The translations under genes were made by a program, and so were the position numbers. Below, piece by piece: positions 1-9,750 of a stretch of 32,000 nt of DNA. Every line of letters starts with the position of its first letter. The stretch's first letter is position 1. The notes below the pieces were generated by a model. It did no database searches, was not told where the DNA came from, and saw only the letters and a program-made list of their open reading frames with translations. The DNA lies in contig NC_007484.1 in NCBI RefSeq assembly GCF_000012805.1, forward strand, positions 1,230,001-1,262,000. The letters are read 5' to 3'. This DNA is from Nitrosococcus oceani ATCC 19707 (GTDB lineage Bacteria; Pseudomonadota; Gammaproteobacteria; Nitrosococcales; Nitrosococcaceae).

Positions 1-288
1 CGCCCCCCCATACCCTATCCAGCCTGTTTCCCGGAATGCCACTGCCCAGGCGAAAATAAAAGCCGCTTCCATATCGAAAATGACGAATAAAACAGCCACT
101 AAATAAAATTTAGCAGGAAAACGCAGGCGGGCAAAACCTACCGTCACCACGCCGGATTCGAAAGGTTCATCCGTCGCCCTTTCCCTAGGACGCTGGCCTA
201 AAATGTAGGAGAACCCCACTATCAGCGCGACTAATACAAGGACCATACCCGCGTAGAGAATAAAAGGCCAAAATTCAGTAAATTGCAT
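1..288 (-). CDS. nuoA: NADH-quinone oxidoreductase subunit A, N-terminal ~96 codons (3' end lies beyond the window edge)
   Basis: My own reverse-strand translation from ATG (rc of 286-288) reads MQFTEFWPFILYAGMVLVLVALIVGFSYILGQRPRERATDEPFESGVVTVGFARLRFPAKFYLVAVLFVIFDMEAAFIFAWAVAFRETGW... This carries the NuoA/ND3 hallmarks (PFESG, ARxRF..KFYLVAxxFxIFDxE). It is absent from the ORF track because it is open at the window edge. Confidence 0.85.
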   Translation of the reverse strand, partial: MQFTEFWPFILYAGMVLVLVALIVGFSYILGQRPRERATDEPFESGVVTVGFARLRFPAKFYLVAVLFVIFDMEAAFIFAWAVAFRETGWIGYGGA

Positions 289-424
289 TGTGGGTATAAA
301 TTTTTAAAAGGCTTTCATTAAAACGTAGGTGAAGAAAGCGTTGAGTGCAAGACTGGAGACAGAACGGTTGCCATGCTTATAGATAAATATCCAAGGAAAC
401 CAAAGGGTATTTTTAAACCTAGAA

Positions 425-661
425 TTAGGTTTTTTTCTCTGCGGGGATCCCCTTCGGGTGAGTGGATAGCCATTGTTCAAATTCTTTGATGGATTGTTCA
501 AAGAGGGGTTTATAGTTTTTTTGGGAAGCATGATGGGCCGGGCTAGCGACTGCTTTACGATAGCTATTGAGCGTTCTCTCCACCCAATTTCGAGTCGCTT
601 CTAATCCGTCACGTTGCAGGAGTAAATTGATTCTCCCCTTTTCGGAGTTAAGTGGCTGCAT
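425..661 (-). CDS. hypothetical small protein (78 aa), helical-looking, no family recognised
   Basis: Track ORF. An AAGGA Shine-Dalgarno-like motif sits a few nt upstream of the ATG (rc of 662-670 reads CCAAGGAAAA-ATG). The composition is protein-like. It lies directly upstream of nuoA on the same strand. Confidence 0.4.
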   Translation of the reverse strand: MQPLNSEKGRINLLLQRDGLEATRNWVERTLNSYRKAVASPAHHASQKNYKPLFEQSIKEFEQWLSTHPKGIPAEKKT

Positions 662-1196
662 TTTTCCTTGGAGTGCGAGTTAAAGTTATTTTATGGGAAT
701 ATAGAAATTACAATGGATATTGTCTATGAGCATTTCCGTGTCCTTGTAATATTTGATAGATGGCCGTAACCGGTGCTTCCAGCGGGGTAGGCGCCGGCGC
801 CAGGCAGACTTGAGTTGCTTTGTCGTCTGGGTTTGCGCCGATAATCGTGCCGCCGAGGACGGTGAATTTCGCCCCAGTTTTTTCATCAGGGTTGCCCCAT
901 TCTGTTTTATTTAACCCTTACCCTGTGACTCTTTTCAGCGTCTTTGCCGAAGAGTCTGGTAACCGGTTTTATATGGTGTGCCGGAATCTGGTTTCCGTCG
1001 CGGCTACCGATTGAGCAGCTATTATTTAACTAGCCACGTGCAACTAGTGGCTATGGTAATCGAAAGCGATCTGAAAGCCGTGGGTGCTATATAGAAGATA
1101 GGGAAGGTCGTCAGCTCACGGATCATGACAAAGCAGCTACCGCTTAATTCCAGCACTGGGTAGCAAAGATACCTAATTAATGGGAGGTAAGGTACC

Positions 1197-1955
1197 ATGA
1201 AGATAACAGGATGTAATCTTAGCCGGCGACGGATGCTCCTTCTAACCGGGGTAACGGCCGCATCACTGGTGATGGGAAAACGTGTGAGTGGACAATCCAT
1301 GCCTAGAACCCCAACGCAAACACCGCTCAAGCGGGCAATGGTGGTAATGCCTTCCTGCGTGGTGAGACCCCAGCAAACGGAAGGGCCCTATTTCGTAGAT
1401 GAGAAGCTCAACCGTTCCGACATCCGGTTCGAGCCATCGGACCATTCGATGAAAAAAGGGGTTCCGCTGCGCTTAGTATTTCGTGTCTCCCAGCTAGAGG
1501 GGAATGTATGCACGCCCTTAAAAGGTGCAATAGTGGATGTTTGGCAATGTGACGCGCTAGGGGTTTACTCGGGTTTTCAGGATATCAACGGGTTATTCGA
1601 TACCCGGGGGAAGAAGTTTTTGCGGGGATATCAAATAACGGATGCTATTGGGAAAGCCGAGTTTGTTACTATTTATCCGGGGTGGTATCCGGGCAGGACG
1701 GTCCATATCCATTTCAAGATTCGCACCGATTCCGCTTCGCCACAGGGCCATGAGTTTACCTCGCAGCTTTACTTCCATGACTCCATCACTGATCGAGTAC
1801 ATGCGCAGGCGCCCTACGCCACGAAAGGGCGGCGTAATTCGAGCAACGAAGACGATCGCATTTTCCAGCGGGGTGGCAGCGAGCTGATACTCCCGTTAGC
1901 CAGGGAGACAGCAGGCTATGTTGGAACATTCGATATCGGACTTCAGATGACTTGA
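1197..1955 (+). CDS. intradiol ring-cleavage dioxygenase-like protein with a twin-arginine (TAT) signal
   Basis: The N-terminus LSRRRMLLLTGVTAASLV fits the S-R-R-x-[FL]-L TAT motif plus an h-region. The body has TEGPYFVDE, GVPLRLVFRV, IVDVWQCDALGVYSGF, YPGWYPGRTVHIHFKI, typical of the protocatechuate/catechol intradiol dioxygenase fold family. A GGAGG-like motif (gggaggtaagg) lies upstream. Confidence 0.85.
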   Translation: MKITGCNLSRRRMLLLTGVTAASLVMGKRVSGQSMPRTPTQTPLKRAMVVMPSCVVRPQQTEGPYFVDEKLNRSDIRFEPSDHSMKKGVPLRLVFRVSQLEGNVCTPLKGAIVDVWQCDALGVYSGFQDINGLFDTRGKKFLRGYQITDAIGKAEFVTIYPGWYPGRTVHIHFKIRTDSASPQGHEFTSQLYFHDSITDRVHAQAPYATKGRRNSSNEDDRIFQRGGSELILPLARETAGYVGTFDIGLQMT

Positions 1956-1993
1956 AATAACTCTCCACACCTTTGCTTTCTTAAGGAAACTCC

Positions 1994-3100
1994 ATGGCTA
2001 GACTTATCTTGCTGATGACTTGCCTGCTGGGCGGTCTGGTCAATATGTCTGCCGTGCTCGCACAACCCCAAACACCGCCGCCCAGCGTTATGGTCAGCGA
2101 AGTGCATAAACGCGATATTACTCCCACCCTTGAGTTACTAGGTCGGGTTGAGGCACGGGATGAAGTAGCCTTGCGGGCGCGTATCGAGGGTGTACTGGAG
2201 CAGCGTAACTTTGAAGAAGGCGGTTTGGTGGAGCAGGATCAGCTGTTGTTTGTCATCGAGAAACGGCCCTTTGAGGTTCAGGTGCAACAGGCAAAGGCCG
2301 AACTCGCCTCCGCCCAAGCTAGTTTGAAAAATGCCCAGGCTAACTTGAGGCGATTGCAGGAGTTGCATGACCGCAAACTGGTATCGGCTGCGGATCTGGA
2401 TACCGCTCAGGCCGAAGCCAGTATCGCTGAAGCCAATGTATTCAAGGCTCAAGCGGCGCTGGAGGGCGCTGAGCTAAGCTTAAGTTATACCGAAATTCGC
2501 AGTCCGATTCGTGGGCGCATCAGTGGAGCGACTTACAGCGTGGGTAACCTGGTCGGCCCAGGTAGTGAACCATTGGCGACTGTATTTAGCTTTGATCCTA
2601 TCCACGTCAGCCTAGCGGTCAGCGATAAAGTGCTGCTCAATGCCCGTCAGCAAGGGATTATTGCCTCCGGCGATCCCCCCGTCGCACCGTCCCTGGTGCT
2701 CTCCGACGGCAGTTTGTATCCTAAGCGGGGGCGATTTGACTATCTTGCCCCGGAAGTTGATCGCAGTACCGATACCGTCCAGGTGTGGGCGCTGTTCCCC
2801 AATTCCAAAGAAATTTTGCTACCGGGCCAGTTCGTCAACGTGCTGATTCGCCGGAAACAGCCGATCACCGCATTGATAGTGCCCCAGACGGCGGTGCAAC
2901 AAGATAAGCAGGGATTTTTTGTCCTTGTGGTCAATCGCGCCAATCAGGTCGAGGTGCGCCGTATTGTCACTGACCGCCAGGTGGGCAACGACTGGGTTGT
3001 CGAGTCCGGTTTGGCCGCCGGTGACCGGGTCATCGTCCAGGGGGTGCAGAAAGTACGGCCTAATATGTCCGTCAATCCGGTCACTGCAGACGAACCCTGA
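1994..3100 (+). CDS. RND efflux periplasmic adaptor (membrane fusion protein, HlyD/AcrA family)
   Basis: Signal/anchor MARLILLMTCLLGGLVNMSAVLA. A coiled-coil hairpin region (AKAELASAQASLKNAQANLRRLQEL...AQAEASIAEANVFKAQAALEGAELSLSYTEIRSPIRGRIS) carries the MFP lipoyl/beta-barrel signature. It ends 3 nt before the pump gene. Confidence 0.9.
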   Translation: MARLILLMTCLLGGLVNMSAVLAQPQTPPPSVMVSEVHKRDITPTLELLGRVEARDEVALRARIEGVLEQRNFEEGGLVEQDQLLFVIEKRPFEVQVQQAKAELASAQASLKNAQANLRRLQELHDRKLVSAADLDTAQAEASIAEANVFKAQAALEGAELSLSYTEIRSPIRGRISGATYSVGNLVGPGSEPLATVFSFDPIHVSLAVSDKVLLNARQQGIIASGDPPVAPSLVLSDGSLYPKRGRFDYLAPEVDRSTDTVQVWALFPNSKEILLPGQFVNVLIRRKQPITALIVPQTAVQQDKQGFFVLVVNRANQVEVRRIVTDRQVGNDWVVESGLAAGDRVIVQGVQKVRPNMSVNPVTADEP

Positions 3101-3103
3101 GCC

Positions 3104-6100
3104 ATGTTTTCAGCGTTTTTTATTGACCGGCCTAAGTTTGCCCTAGTTATATCGCTGGTCATGCTGCTGGTCGGCGGTATTGCCCTCAGCCTGATTCCCG
3201 TGGCTGAATTTCCTGAAATTACCCCGCCCCAGGTAACAGTATCGGCCAGCTATCCCGGCGCCAACGCCGAGGGTGTGGAGCAGTCGGTTGCTGTCCCCAT
3301 CGAGGAGCAAGTCAACGGCGTCGAGGGCATGAGCTATATGTCCTCAACCAGTTCCAGTGATGGCAGCTACCAGTTGAACATCACTTTCGAAGTCGGTACC
3401 GATGCAGATATCGCCGCGGTCAATGTGCAAAATCGGGTTGCCGTAGCCAATACCCAGTTGCCCCAGGAGGTCATCCGCCAGGGCCTGACCACCCGCAAGC
3501 AGTCCCCTAATATGTTGTTGATCGTCAATCTAATTTCACCCAAGGGTTCACGGGATAGCCTGTTTCTCAGTAACTATGCCTCGATTTATCTACAGAACCC
3601 CCTGGCGCGGATTTCTGGCGTGGGCGATGTTTCCCAATTTGGGGTCCAGGATTACGGTATGCGGGTGTGGCTCGACCCTGATCGGCTGACTGCGTTGGGT
3701 TTAACCGCAAGCGATGTTGTCAAGGCTATTGAGGAGCAGAATATTCAAGCGTCCGCTGGCAGCCTAGGGGCGCCACCATTCACCAAGGCGCCGCAATTCC
3801 AATATACCTTGCAGGCCAAGGGGCGGCTAGCAACGGTCGAGGAATTTGAGGATATTATTGTCCGGGCCAGTGCCGATGGTTCCCTTGTGCAGCTTAAGGA
3901 TATTGCTCGCCTTGAGTTGGGTTCGCAAAGCTATAACGCTATTTCCAAACTTAATAGCCAACCGGCAGCCTCCATAGTGGTCTATCAATCCCCAGGCGCC
4001 AATGCACTACAGGTTGCCAATCAGATCTACGCTGAGTTGGAACGCCTGGCGCAAAGCTTCCCCCCAGATATGGAATATCACATTCTGTACGATACCACTC
4101 AGGCGGTGCGGGCATCGGTACAGGAAGTCATCAAGACCTTGTTGATTACTTTTGTTTTGGTTGTGGCGGTAACCTTCCTGTTTCTGGCCGACTGGCGTTC
4201 GACCCTGATACCGGTTTGCGCGATTCCGGTTTCCCTGGTGGGCGCTTTCGCTGCCATGTACGTGTTGGGATTTTCTGCCAATATCATTACCTTGTTCGCC
4301 ATGATTCTGGCTATTGGTATCGTGGTTGATGATTCCATTGTCGTGGTGGAAAATGTCCAGCGTATTATGCGGGAGAATGCCCTAGAGGCGCGTGAGGCCA
4401 CCCGTCGCGCCATGGCCGAGATCACCGGGCCGGTCATTGCTACCACTCTGGTGCTGCTTGCTGTCTTCGTGCCGGTATCGTTTATGCCTGGTATCACCGG
4501 CCAGCTTTACCAGCAGTTCGCGGTAACTATTTCGGTGGCGGTTGCGATCTCCTCCCTCAATGCTTTAACCCTGTCACCCGCCCTGTGCCGGTTATTGCTT
4601 AAGCCTGATTCTGGCCAGACGCATGGGCTATTGCGCGCTTTCGCGTGGTTGGTGAACAGATTACGCAACGGTTATGTTCGGGTTTGTTCTCTGATGCTGC
4701 GCCATTTACGGATCTCGCTGCTGTTGGTGCTGACCTTCGTGATAGTCACCGTATTTTTGTTTCAGCGTGCGCCTAGCGGTTTTTTGCCGACCGAGGACAA
4801 GGGCGTACTAATGGTCAATGTGCAGCTACCAGACGGTGCTTCCCTGGCGCGCACAGAAGCCGTAATAGATGAGATAACCCAGATGACGCGCGATACTGCC
4901 GGTATCACTGATGTGATCTCGGTGACTGGTTTCAGTATTCTTGGCGGCGCGGCCTCTAATGCGGGCCTGGTTATTCCGATTCTTGCTCCTTGGGATGAGC
5001 GTAGCAGTCCTCAATTGCAATGGGAGCCTATTCTCGGCCATCTTAATGCCTCTTTGGCTAGCATCGCTGCCGCTGAAGCCTTCGCCTTTCCGCCGCCGCC
5101 GATCACGGGGCTAGGTACCGGTGGTGGTATCGAGGCGCAGCTGCAGGATCTCGGTGGCGGCAGCCCGCAAGAGTTGGCCGCCGCCATGGGTAGCCTAGTA
5201 TTCGCGGCTAACCAGCATCCGGCTTTGATGGGGGTGTTTAGCACCTACTCGGCTAGTGCGCCACAGCTCTATTTGGATATCGACCGTGAGCGGGCAAAAG
5301 TGCTCGGGGTTTCCATTGCTGATGTATTTACCACCCTGAGTGCTAATTTGAGTTCGCTCTATGTCAATGATTTCAATCTGTTTGGCAAAAGCTACCGGGT
5401 TATGGTGCAAGCCGAGGCCGAATACCGCAATGCTATTAAGGACATTGGCAATCTGTATGTGCGCAGTGGCCCTGGTGAAATGGTGCCGCTGCGAGCACTG
5501 ATCGACGTTGAACCCGTTTTGGGGCCGTTGTCGATTACCCGTTACAATCAATTTAAGTCGGCCGCCATCACTGGTAATCCGGCTCCTGGTTACAGCTCCG
5601 GCGAGGCCATCGCCGCGCTGGAGCAGGTCGCCGCCGAGGCTCTGCCCGAAGGTTACCGCATCGAGTGGACCGGTACCTCCAAGGAAGAGCTGGCCGCTGG
5701 TGCGCTGGTCATTTACATTTTTGCACTTGCTATCGTTTTCGCTTATTTATTTTTGGTGGCGCAGTATGAATCCTGGACTTTGCCCTTGGGGGTGATAAGT
5801 TCGGTGGTTTTCGCTCTGTTCGGTGCTCTCTTGCCGGTGGTAATGTTGCCGTTTCTGGACAATAATCTGTATGCGCAAATCGGTATCGTGATGCTGATCG
5901 GCTTGGCTAGCAAGAGTGCGATTCTGATCGTCGAATTTGCCAAGGAGCGGCGCGAGCAGGGGCTGAGTACCCATGAGGCGGCGCTGACGGCGGCACGCCT
6001 GCGATTTCGAGCAGTATTAATGACGGCCTTGTCGTTTATTCTCGGTGTCAGTCCGTTGTTGTTCGCTAGTGGCGCTGGTGCCGCCAGTCGAACTTCAGTG

Positions 6101-6283
6101 GGCTTCGTAGTGTTTGGCGGTATGCTTGCCGCCACGGTGATCGGGATTTTCTTTATCCCGGTGCTCCATGTGTTGTATCAGGACATACGTCTATCCGTCC
6201 CCCGTGTCTGGCAGAGGCCTACCCTGAGACCAGCAAAACTAGTGCCAAAAGAGACGGAGCAATCCGATGATGAGCAGGGTTAA
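3104..6283 (+). CDS. RND multidrug/hydrophobe efflux permease (AcrB/HAE1-like, 1059 aa)
   Basis: The N-terminus [53 protein letters not shown] is the canonical AcrB-family start. Two large periplasmic loops and a 12-TM layout are present. The conserved [12 protein letters not shown] motif is in TM4. Confidence 0.95.
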   Translation: MFSAFFIDRPKFALVISLVMLLVGGIALSLIPVAEFPEITPPQVTVSASYPGANAEGVEQSVAVPIEEQVNGVEGMSYMSSTSSSDGSYQLNITFEVGTDADIAAVNVQNRVAVANTQLPQEVIRQGLTTRKQSPNMLLIVNLISPKGSRDSLFLSNYASIYLQNPLARISGVGDVSQFGVQDYGMRVWLDPDRLTALGLTASDVVKAIEEQNIQASAGSLGAPPFTKAPQFQYTLQAKGRLATVEEFEDIIVRASADGSLVQLKDIARLELGSQSYNAISKLNSQPAASIVVYQSPGANALQVANQIYAELERLAQSFPPDMEYHILYDTTQAVRASVQEVIKTLLITFVLVVAVTFLFLADWRSTLIPVCAIPVSLVGAFAAMYVLGFSANIITLFAMILAIGIVVDDSIVVVENVQRIMRENALEAREATRRAMAEITGPVIATTLVLLAVFVPVSFMPGITGQLYQQFAVTISVAVAISSLNALTLSPALCRLLLKPDSGQTHGLLRAFAWLVNRLRNGYVRVCSLMLRHLRISLLLVLTFVIVTVFLFQRAPSGFLPTEDKGVLMVNVQLPDGASLARTEAVIDEITQMTRDTAGITDVISVTGFSILGGAASNAGLVIPILAPWDERSSPQLQWEPILGHLNASLASIAAAEAFAFPPPPITGLGTGGGIEAQLQDLGGGSPQELAAAMGSLVFAANQHPALMGVFSTYSASAPQLYLDIDRERAKVLGVSIADVFTTLSANLSSLYVNDFNLFGKSYRVMVQAEAEYRNAIKDIGNLYVRSGPGEMVPLRALIDVEPVLGPLSITRYNQFKSAAITGNPAPGYSSGEAIAALEQVAAEALPEGYRIEWTGTSKEELAAGALVIYIFALAIVFAYLFLVAQYESWTLPLGVISSVVFALFGALLPVVMLPFLDNNLYAQIGIVMLIGLASKSAILIVEFAKERREQGLSTHEAALTAARLRFRAVLMTALSFILGVSPLLFASGAGAASRTSVGFVVFGGMLAATVIGIFFIPVLHVLYQDIRLSVPRVWQRPTLRPAKLVPKETEQSDDEQG

Positions 6284-6598
6284 AAGGTAGCCCGAAGCTC
6301 TACGGTACGGCGTTTAATCGCCCCTGCCGTTTTACAGTAAAGCTATATTCCTCCTCCCCCTAGGAAGTCATTGCACCTCTTTAGATCTCTTCAAAATAAA
6401 ATTTACGAATTTTAGACTAAACTGGAATTCATAGAGATCGGTTCAGATTAGATCGGTTTGACAAATCACTTTTTTGTTCTGATGGTGAGTAGATGGCTAT
6501 CGTTGCTTTAAGGCTTTATTGAGGAGAGAAAGTCTACAGGGAAAGGGTAGCAAATTTCTTTTTAGTATTCTTTATCTGCTGTGTTTATCGAGGTGACT

Positions 6599-7330
6599 AT
6601 GCTGCATATTATGAGGAGAATCCAAGATCTGAAAAGTTTCACGCTACATGCTAAAGATGGAGAGCTGGGTAGACTCCGAGAAGTTTTTTTCGATGATTCC
6701 TCATGGAGAGTGCGCTATTTAGTTGTGGAAACGGGTCACTGGCTCGTAGGACGTCAGGTGCTGATTACTCCCGAGGCGTTAGGCTCTATCCATGAAGAAA
6801 AATGGACTCTGCAAATTGAATTAACCCGAGAGCAAATAGAGACTAGCCCGCTCATGGATACGAAACAGCCACTATTATCACGGCAACAGGAAGAGGAATA
6901 TCACCGGCACTATAATTGGTTGCCTTACTGGAGAAGTGGTTTGTTGGGTTATCTGGGTCGGAGCTATGAAAACAAAGACAAGGGGGAAGAAACCGAAGAT
7001 CCCCATTTGCGTAGCAGTGACGAAGTCTCAGGGTACCAGGTTGAGGCCCGCGATGGTGAGGTTGGATATGTCGAGGATTTTGTCATCGACGAGAAGGATT
7101 GGGTCATTCGGTATTTGGAAATTAGCACCCATCGCGGGTGGTTTGGAAAGAAAATCCTCCTGGCGCCCACCTGGATTGAACAAGTTGATTGGGAGGACCG
7201 CAAGGTGCGGGTAGATCTTTTGCGCGAAGTTATTCGCTCAGCGCCAGAATACGAAGAGGGGCAGCTTATTGGCCGCGACTATGAAATTAACCTTTATAGC
7301 CACTATGGCCGCAACCAATATTGGGAATGA
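6599..7330 (+). CDS. tandem PRC-barrel domain protein
   Basis: Two copies of the PRC-barrel pattern: LKSFTLHAKDGELGRLREVFFDDSSWRVRYLVVETG...VLITPEAL and VSGYQVEARDGEVGYVEDFVIDEKDWVIRYLEIST...ILLAPTWI. I prefer the ATG at 6599, preceded by GAGGTG, over the track GTG at 6581. The start is uncertain by a few codons. Confidence 0.8.
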   Translation: MLHIMRRIQDLKSFTLHAKDGELGRLREVFFDDSSWRVRYLVVETGHWLVGRQVLITPEALGSIHEEKWTLQIELTREQIETSPLMDTKQPLLSRQQEEEYHRHYNWLPYWRSGLLGYLGRSYENKDKGEETEDPHLRSSDEVSGYQVEARDGEVGYVEDFVIDEKDWVIRYLEISTHRGWFGKKILLAPTWIEQVDWEDRKVRVDLLREVIRSAPEYEEGQLIGRDYEINLYSHYGRNQYWE

Positions 7331-7419
7331 AAAATAGATTTGAGAAGCGCCTTAATTCAATTAAACCCTCATCCAATCAGGGAATAAGAGAAGAGGTTAT
7401 TTGATGCACGCTAATTCAA

Positions 7420-7443
7420 AGAGGGGGATGACAATCCCCCTCT
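7420..7443. terminator. perfect 9-bp-stem hairpin between convergent genes (probable terminator)
   Basis: AGAGGGGGA-TGACAA-TCCCCCTCT lies between the PRC-barrel gene (+) and the carbonic anhydrase gene (-). On the minus strand it is followed by TTTGAATT. There is no long U-run on the plus side. Confidence 0.5.
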
Positions 7444-7495
7444 AGCAATGCCATTAACTACGCGGGTAAAAGCTCTTTAATTTTTTTGGCAAGTG

Positions 7496-8443
7496 CTAAA
7501 AATCGCTGTTGTCAACGGTATCAAAGTAAACCTGACGTCCGTTTAATGGCTGGGTAGGGCGGTTGTTATTAGAGCAGCAGACATGCTGCGTGATATTTCT
7601 ATATTTTTCTATTTGCTCTGCTGACATCTCGATTGGTTCTCTGAGTATTATCCAGCGGACTCCTTCTGTGCAAGGGGGGGTGGTAAATGAACCTCGATAG
7701 CGATAGGAGCGCCGATCTGAAGGAAGCGCGTCCATAGCATTGAAAGAACTTTCAGCTGGGAGGAAAACTTCTTGCCCTATATTTTTTGGCATATTATCCC
7801 ATATTTCTTTTAAGGCTTGATTTTCCTCCCCCTGGCGGATTAACAAGGTAACGACGACGACTTCTCCGTCTATGCTAGTATGCACTAAATGCATTTCTAT
7901 ATTGAAATGAGCGCCGAAAGCTAAGGTATGTTCGCTAACGCTATGAAAATGAAATTGCTGGAGATCATATTCCCTCTCATCACCATCGATTGTGATAAAA
8001 CTGCCTGAATCGTATGTCCCTTGAAGTGTGTTGTGGCCATTATTAACAATATGAACGGAGGTTGGTTGATAAAAGTATCGGACGTCGGGCAAATCTGCGG
8101 GGATAACTTCCATCGGCTTAATATCGATGGGGGACTGCTCCATACCATTGGAACAAAGCTGAAAATCAGGATCTAATTCGCCCCATTTATCCGGCCCATT
8201 AATTGGATTTTCGTAACCGAAATCACCTTCAGAACTCTTGTTTTTCTTGTTTTGATGCGTATTCTCGGATTCTTGCACTAATTCAACACTAGCATTGATA
8301 AGTAGATTCTGAGAGGTCTGGTTTCGATCTGCGTTAGCGGGACTAATACCTAATGCTAAAAGTATTATTAATGATATTAATTGTGTTTTTTTTTCACAAT
8401 TATTACCTCCTTCTTTCTTTATCCTGGAATATTTAGTCAGCAT
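7496..8443 (-). CDS. secreted alpha-class carbonic anhydrase
   Basis: Signal-like LISLIILLALGISPANA. Alpha-CA signatures are present: QSPIDI, LQQFHFHSVSEHT (His ligands), EMHLVH, YRGSFTTPPCTEGVRWIIL. Confidence 0.9.
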   Translation of the reverse strand: MLTKYSRIKKEGGNNCEKKTQLISLIILLALGISPANADRNQTSQNLLINASVELVQESENTHQNKKNKSSEGDFGYENPINGPDKWGELDPDFQLCSNGMEQSPIDIKPMEVIPADLPDVRYFYQPTSVHIVNNGHNTLQGTYDSGSFITIDGDEREYDLQQFHFHSVSEHTLAFGAHFNIEMHLVHTSIDGEVVVVTLLIRQGEENQALKEIWDNMPKNIGQEVFLPAESSFNAMDALPSDRRSYRYRGSFTTPPCTEGVRWIILREPIEMSAEQIEKYRNITQHVCCSNNNRPTQPLNGRQVYFDTVDNSDF

Positions 8444-8803
8444 AAATTACCTTAAATGCTACCGATCGTTATTTCTATATAGTTAGATATGCTGAATTTT
8501 AAAAATAAGCTGCTAGACATAGCGCTGTTATGAGCAGCATTTTCTGGTGGAAGCGAATTTCATGCCATTTTAATTGAGATTATAGATAATCATCTAATTC
8601 CAATTAAAAAAAGAGATAAAGGTGATTTTCTGACATGACAGGATGAGGGAAATTAGTGGATTTGCACCACCTATGTGGGGGGATTTCAACTGTATTAGGC
8701 TAAATAAATTTTGCCAGGAGATGGCGGCGTCCTTGCCTGCCTACATATAGGGTATGTTTTCCTGTTTTTTACAAAAGTGCTAGCGATAATTATGAATAAT
8801 TCT

Positions 8804-9169
8804 TCATCCTGGCACAGGTAATCCCATAATGGATTCAGAGTGCATTTTCTCTTGCTCCAGGATTTGTTCTATCATTTGCTGCATTACATCCATCCTCTGC
8901 TCTACGTTTTGCCTCCATTGCTGGGTATCTTGAGGTCTATTTTCGTGACTCAGCATGTGATGCATCTCCTGCATTTGCTCAAGCATCAATTGCATGTGTT
9001 CTCTCATGAGTCTATTGCGTTCATTCCCCTTTGCCGCGTGTGCCTGATCCATTACGGCTTCCATCTTTTGAAGACGTTGCTGCATACGTTCCATATTTAT
9101 CTGTGGTTCGGCGCCATAAGCAGGCCCTATGGCAAGTATGATGACAGGGATTATGTAATAAGCTTTCAT
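8804..9169 (-). CDS. secreted Met/His/Gln-rich helical small protein (121 aa); possible periplasmic metal (Cu) binding protein or chaperone
   Basis: Sec signal MKAYYIIPVIILAIGPAYGA|EP. The mature part has Met at i/i+3/i+4 spacing (MREHMQLMLEQMQEMHHM, MERMQQRLQKMEAVM, RMDVMQQM). I count 16 Met and 6 His. No family was recognised by eye. Confidence 0.65.
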   Translation of the reverse strand: MKAYYIIPVIILAIGPAYGAEPQINMERMQQRLQKMEAVMDQAHAAKGNERNRLMREHMQLMLEQMQEMHHMLSHENRPQDTQQWRQNVEQRMDVMQQMIEQILEQEKMHSESIMGLPVPG

Positions 9170-9750
9170 ACCAGAACTACCTCATTATTAGTATGGGATC
9201 AAAGTAAAGCATAGTCATTTTATAGGATTATTGTCTATTTATCACATTGAGTTTAATGTGTAAACGCAACTCTGTGGTGCTGATAAGAGGGTAAGCTGCG
9301 GTAGCATGGATGCTTTATCGTATCGACCCAAAGCAAGGAAAAGTATCTTCAAAAAGAACGATACTAAATTTAAGCGTTCAAAAAAGCCGCTCATAATAGA
9401 GCTTTTAGGAATAGGGAGTAGTATAAGTATGAAGCCAAGGGGTGGAGAGGGCCTATAAACTTTTCTCTAAGGAGAAAAAACAGATTTGTGAAAAACGCCA
9501 TCTTGCCTAAATACCTCGAAACTTTCCGAGAAAGTTATAGGCTCAATAGTTATGAGCATGGCAATTCGTGTTGCGCCACCTAAGACACTGGGCATTTACT
9601 GCAAAACGGCTTCTATTGTTGGCAGGGGGATCTTTATCGATCATTGGATGGTGGTGTTGCGGTAGGTGCCCTTACCTAATACCAAGGTCCCCTCACCTCA
9701 ATCGGTTACAAAAACTGTTCAAAACATTGAATAAAGAAGGAGTTCATTAT

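Noticed and set aside
686-1014. ORFs 686-886 (-) and 820-1014 (+). Also a start-less minus frame reading ...NKTEWGNPDEKTGAKFTVLGGTIIGANPDDKATQVCLAPAPTPLEAPVTAIYQILQGHG...
   Set aside because: The two track ORFs have implausible composition and overlap each other. The start-less frame looks more protein-like and may be a gene fragment, but it has no start codon or recognisable family, so I could not support a call. blastx of 662-1196 would settle it.
4099-5551. Long antisense or alternative-frame track ORFs inside the RND pump gene (for example 4099-4497 -, 5195-5551 -, 5743-6135 -). Similar ones lie inside thrS (18723-19184 -), pheT (22704-23156 -), infC/rpmI (20525-20917 -) and rplT (20973-21347 -).
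   Set aside because: They lie entirely within genes that have unambiguous family-level protein signatures on the other strand or frame. Their translations are Arg/Ser/Pro-rich shadow-ORF-like, and none has a convincing SD.
9568-9750. The 61-codon N-terminal extension of ppa given by the ORF track.
   Set aside because: It is not similar to pyrophosphatases and is Cys/Trp/Arg-rich. A strong GAAGGAG plus ATG at 9751 matches the normal PPase N-terminus.
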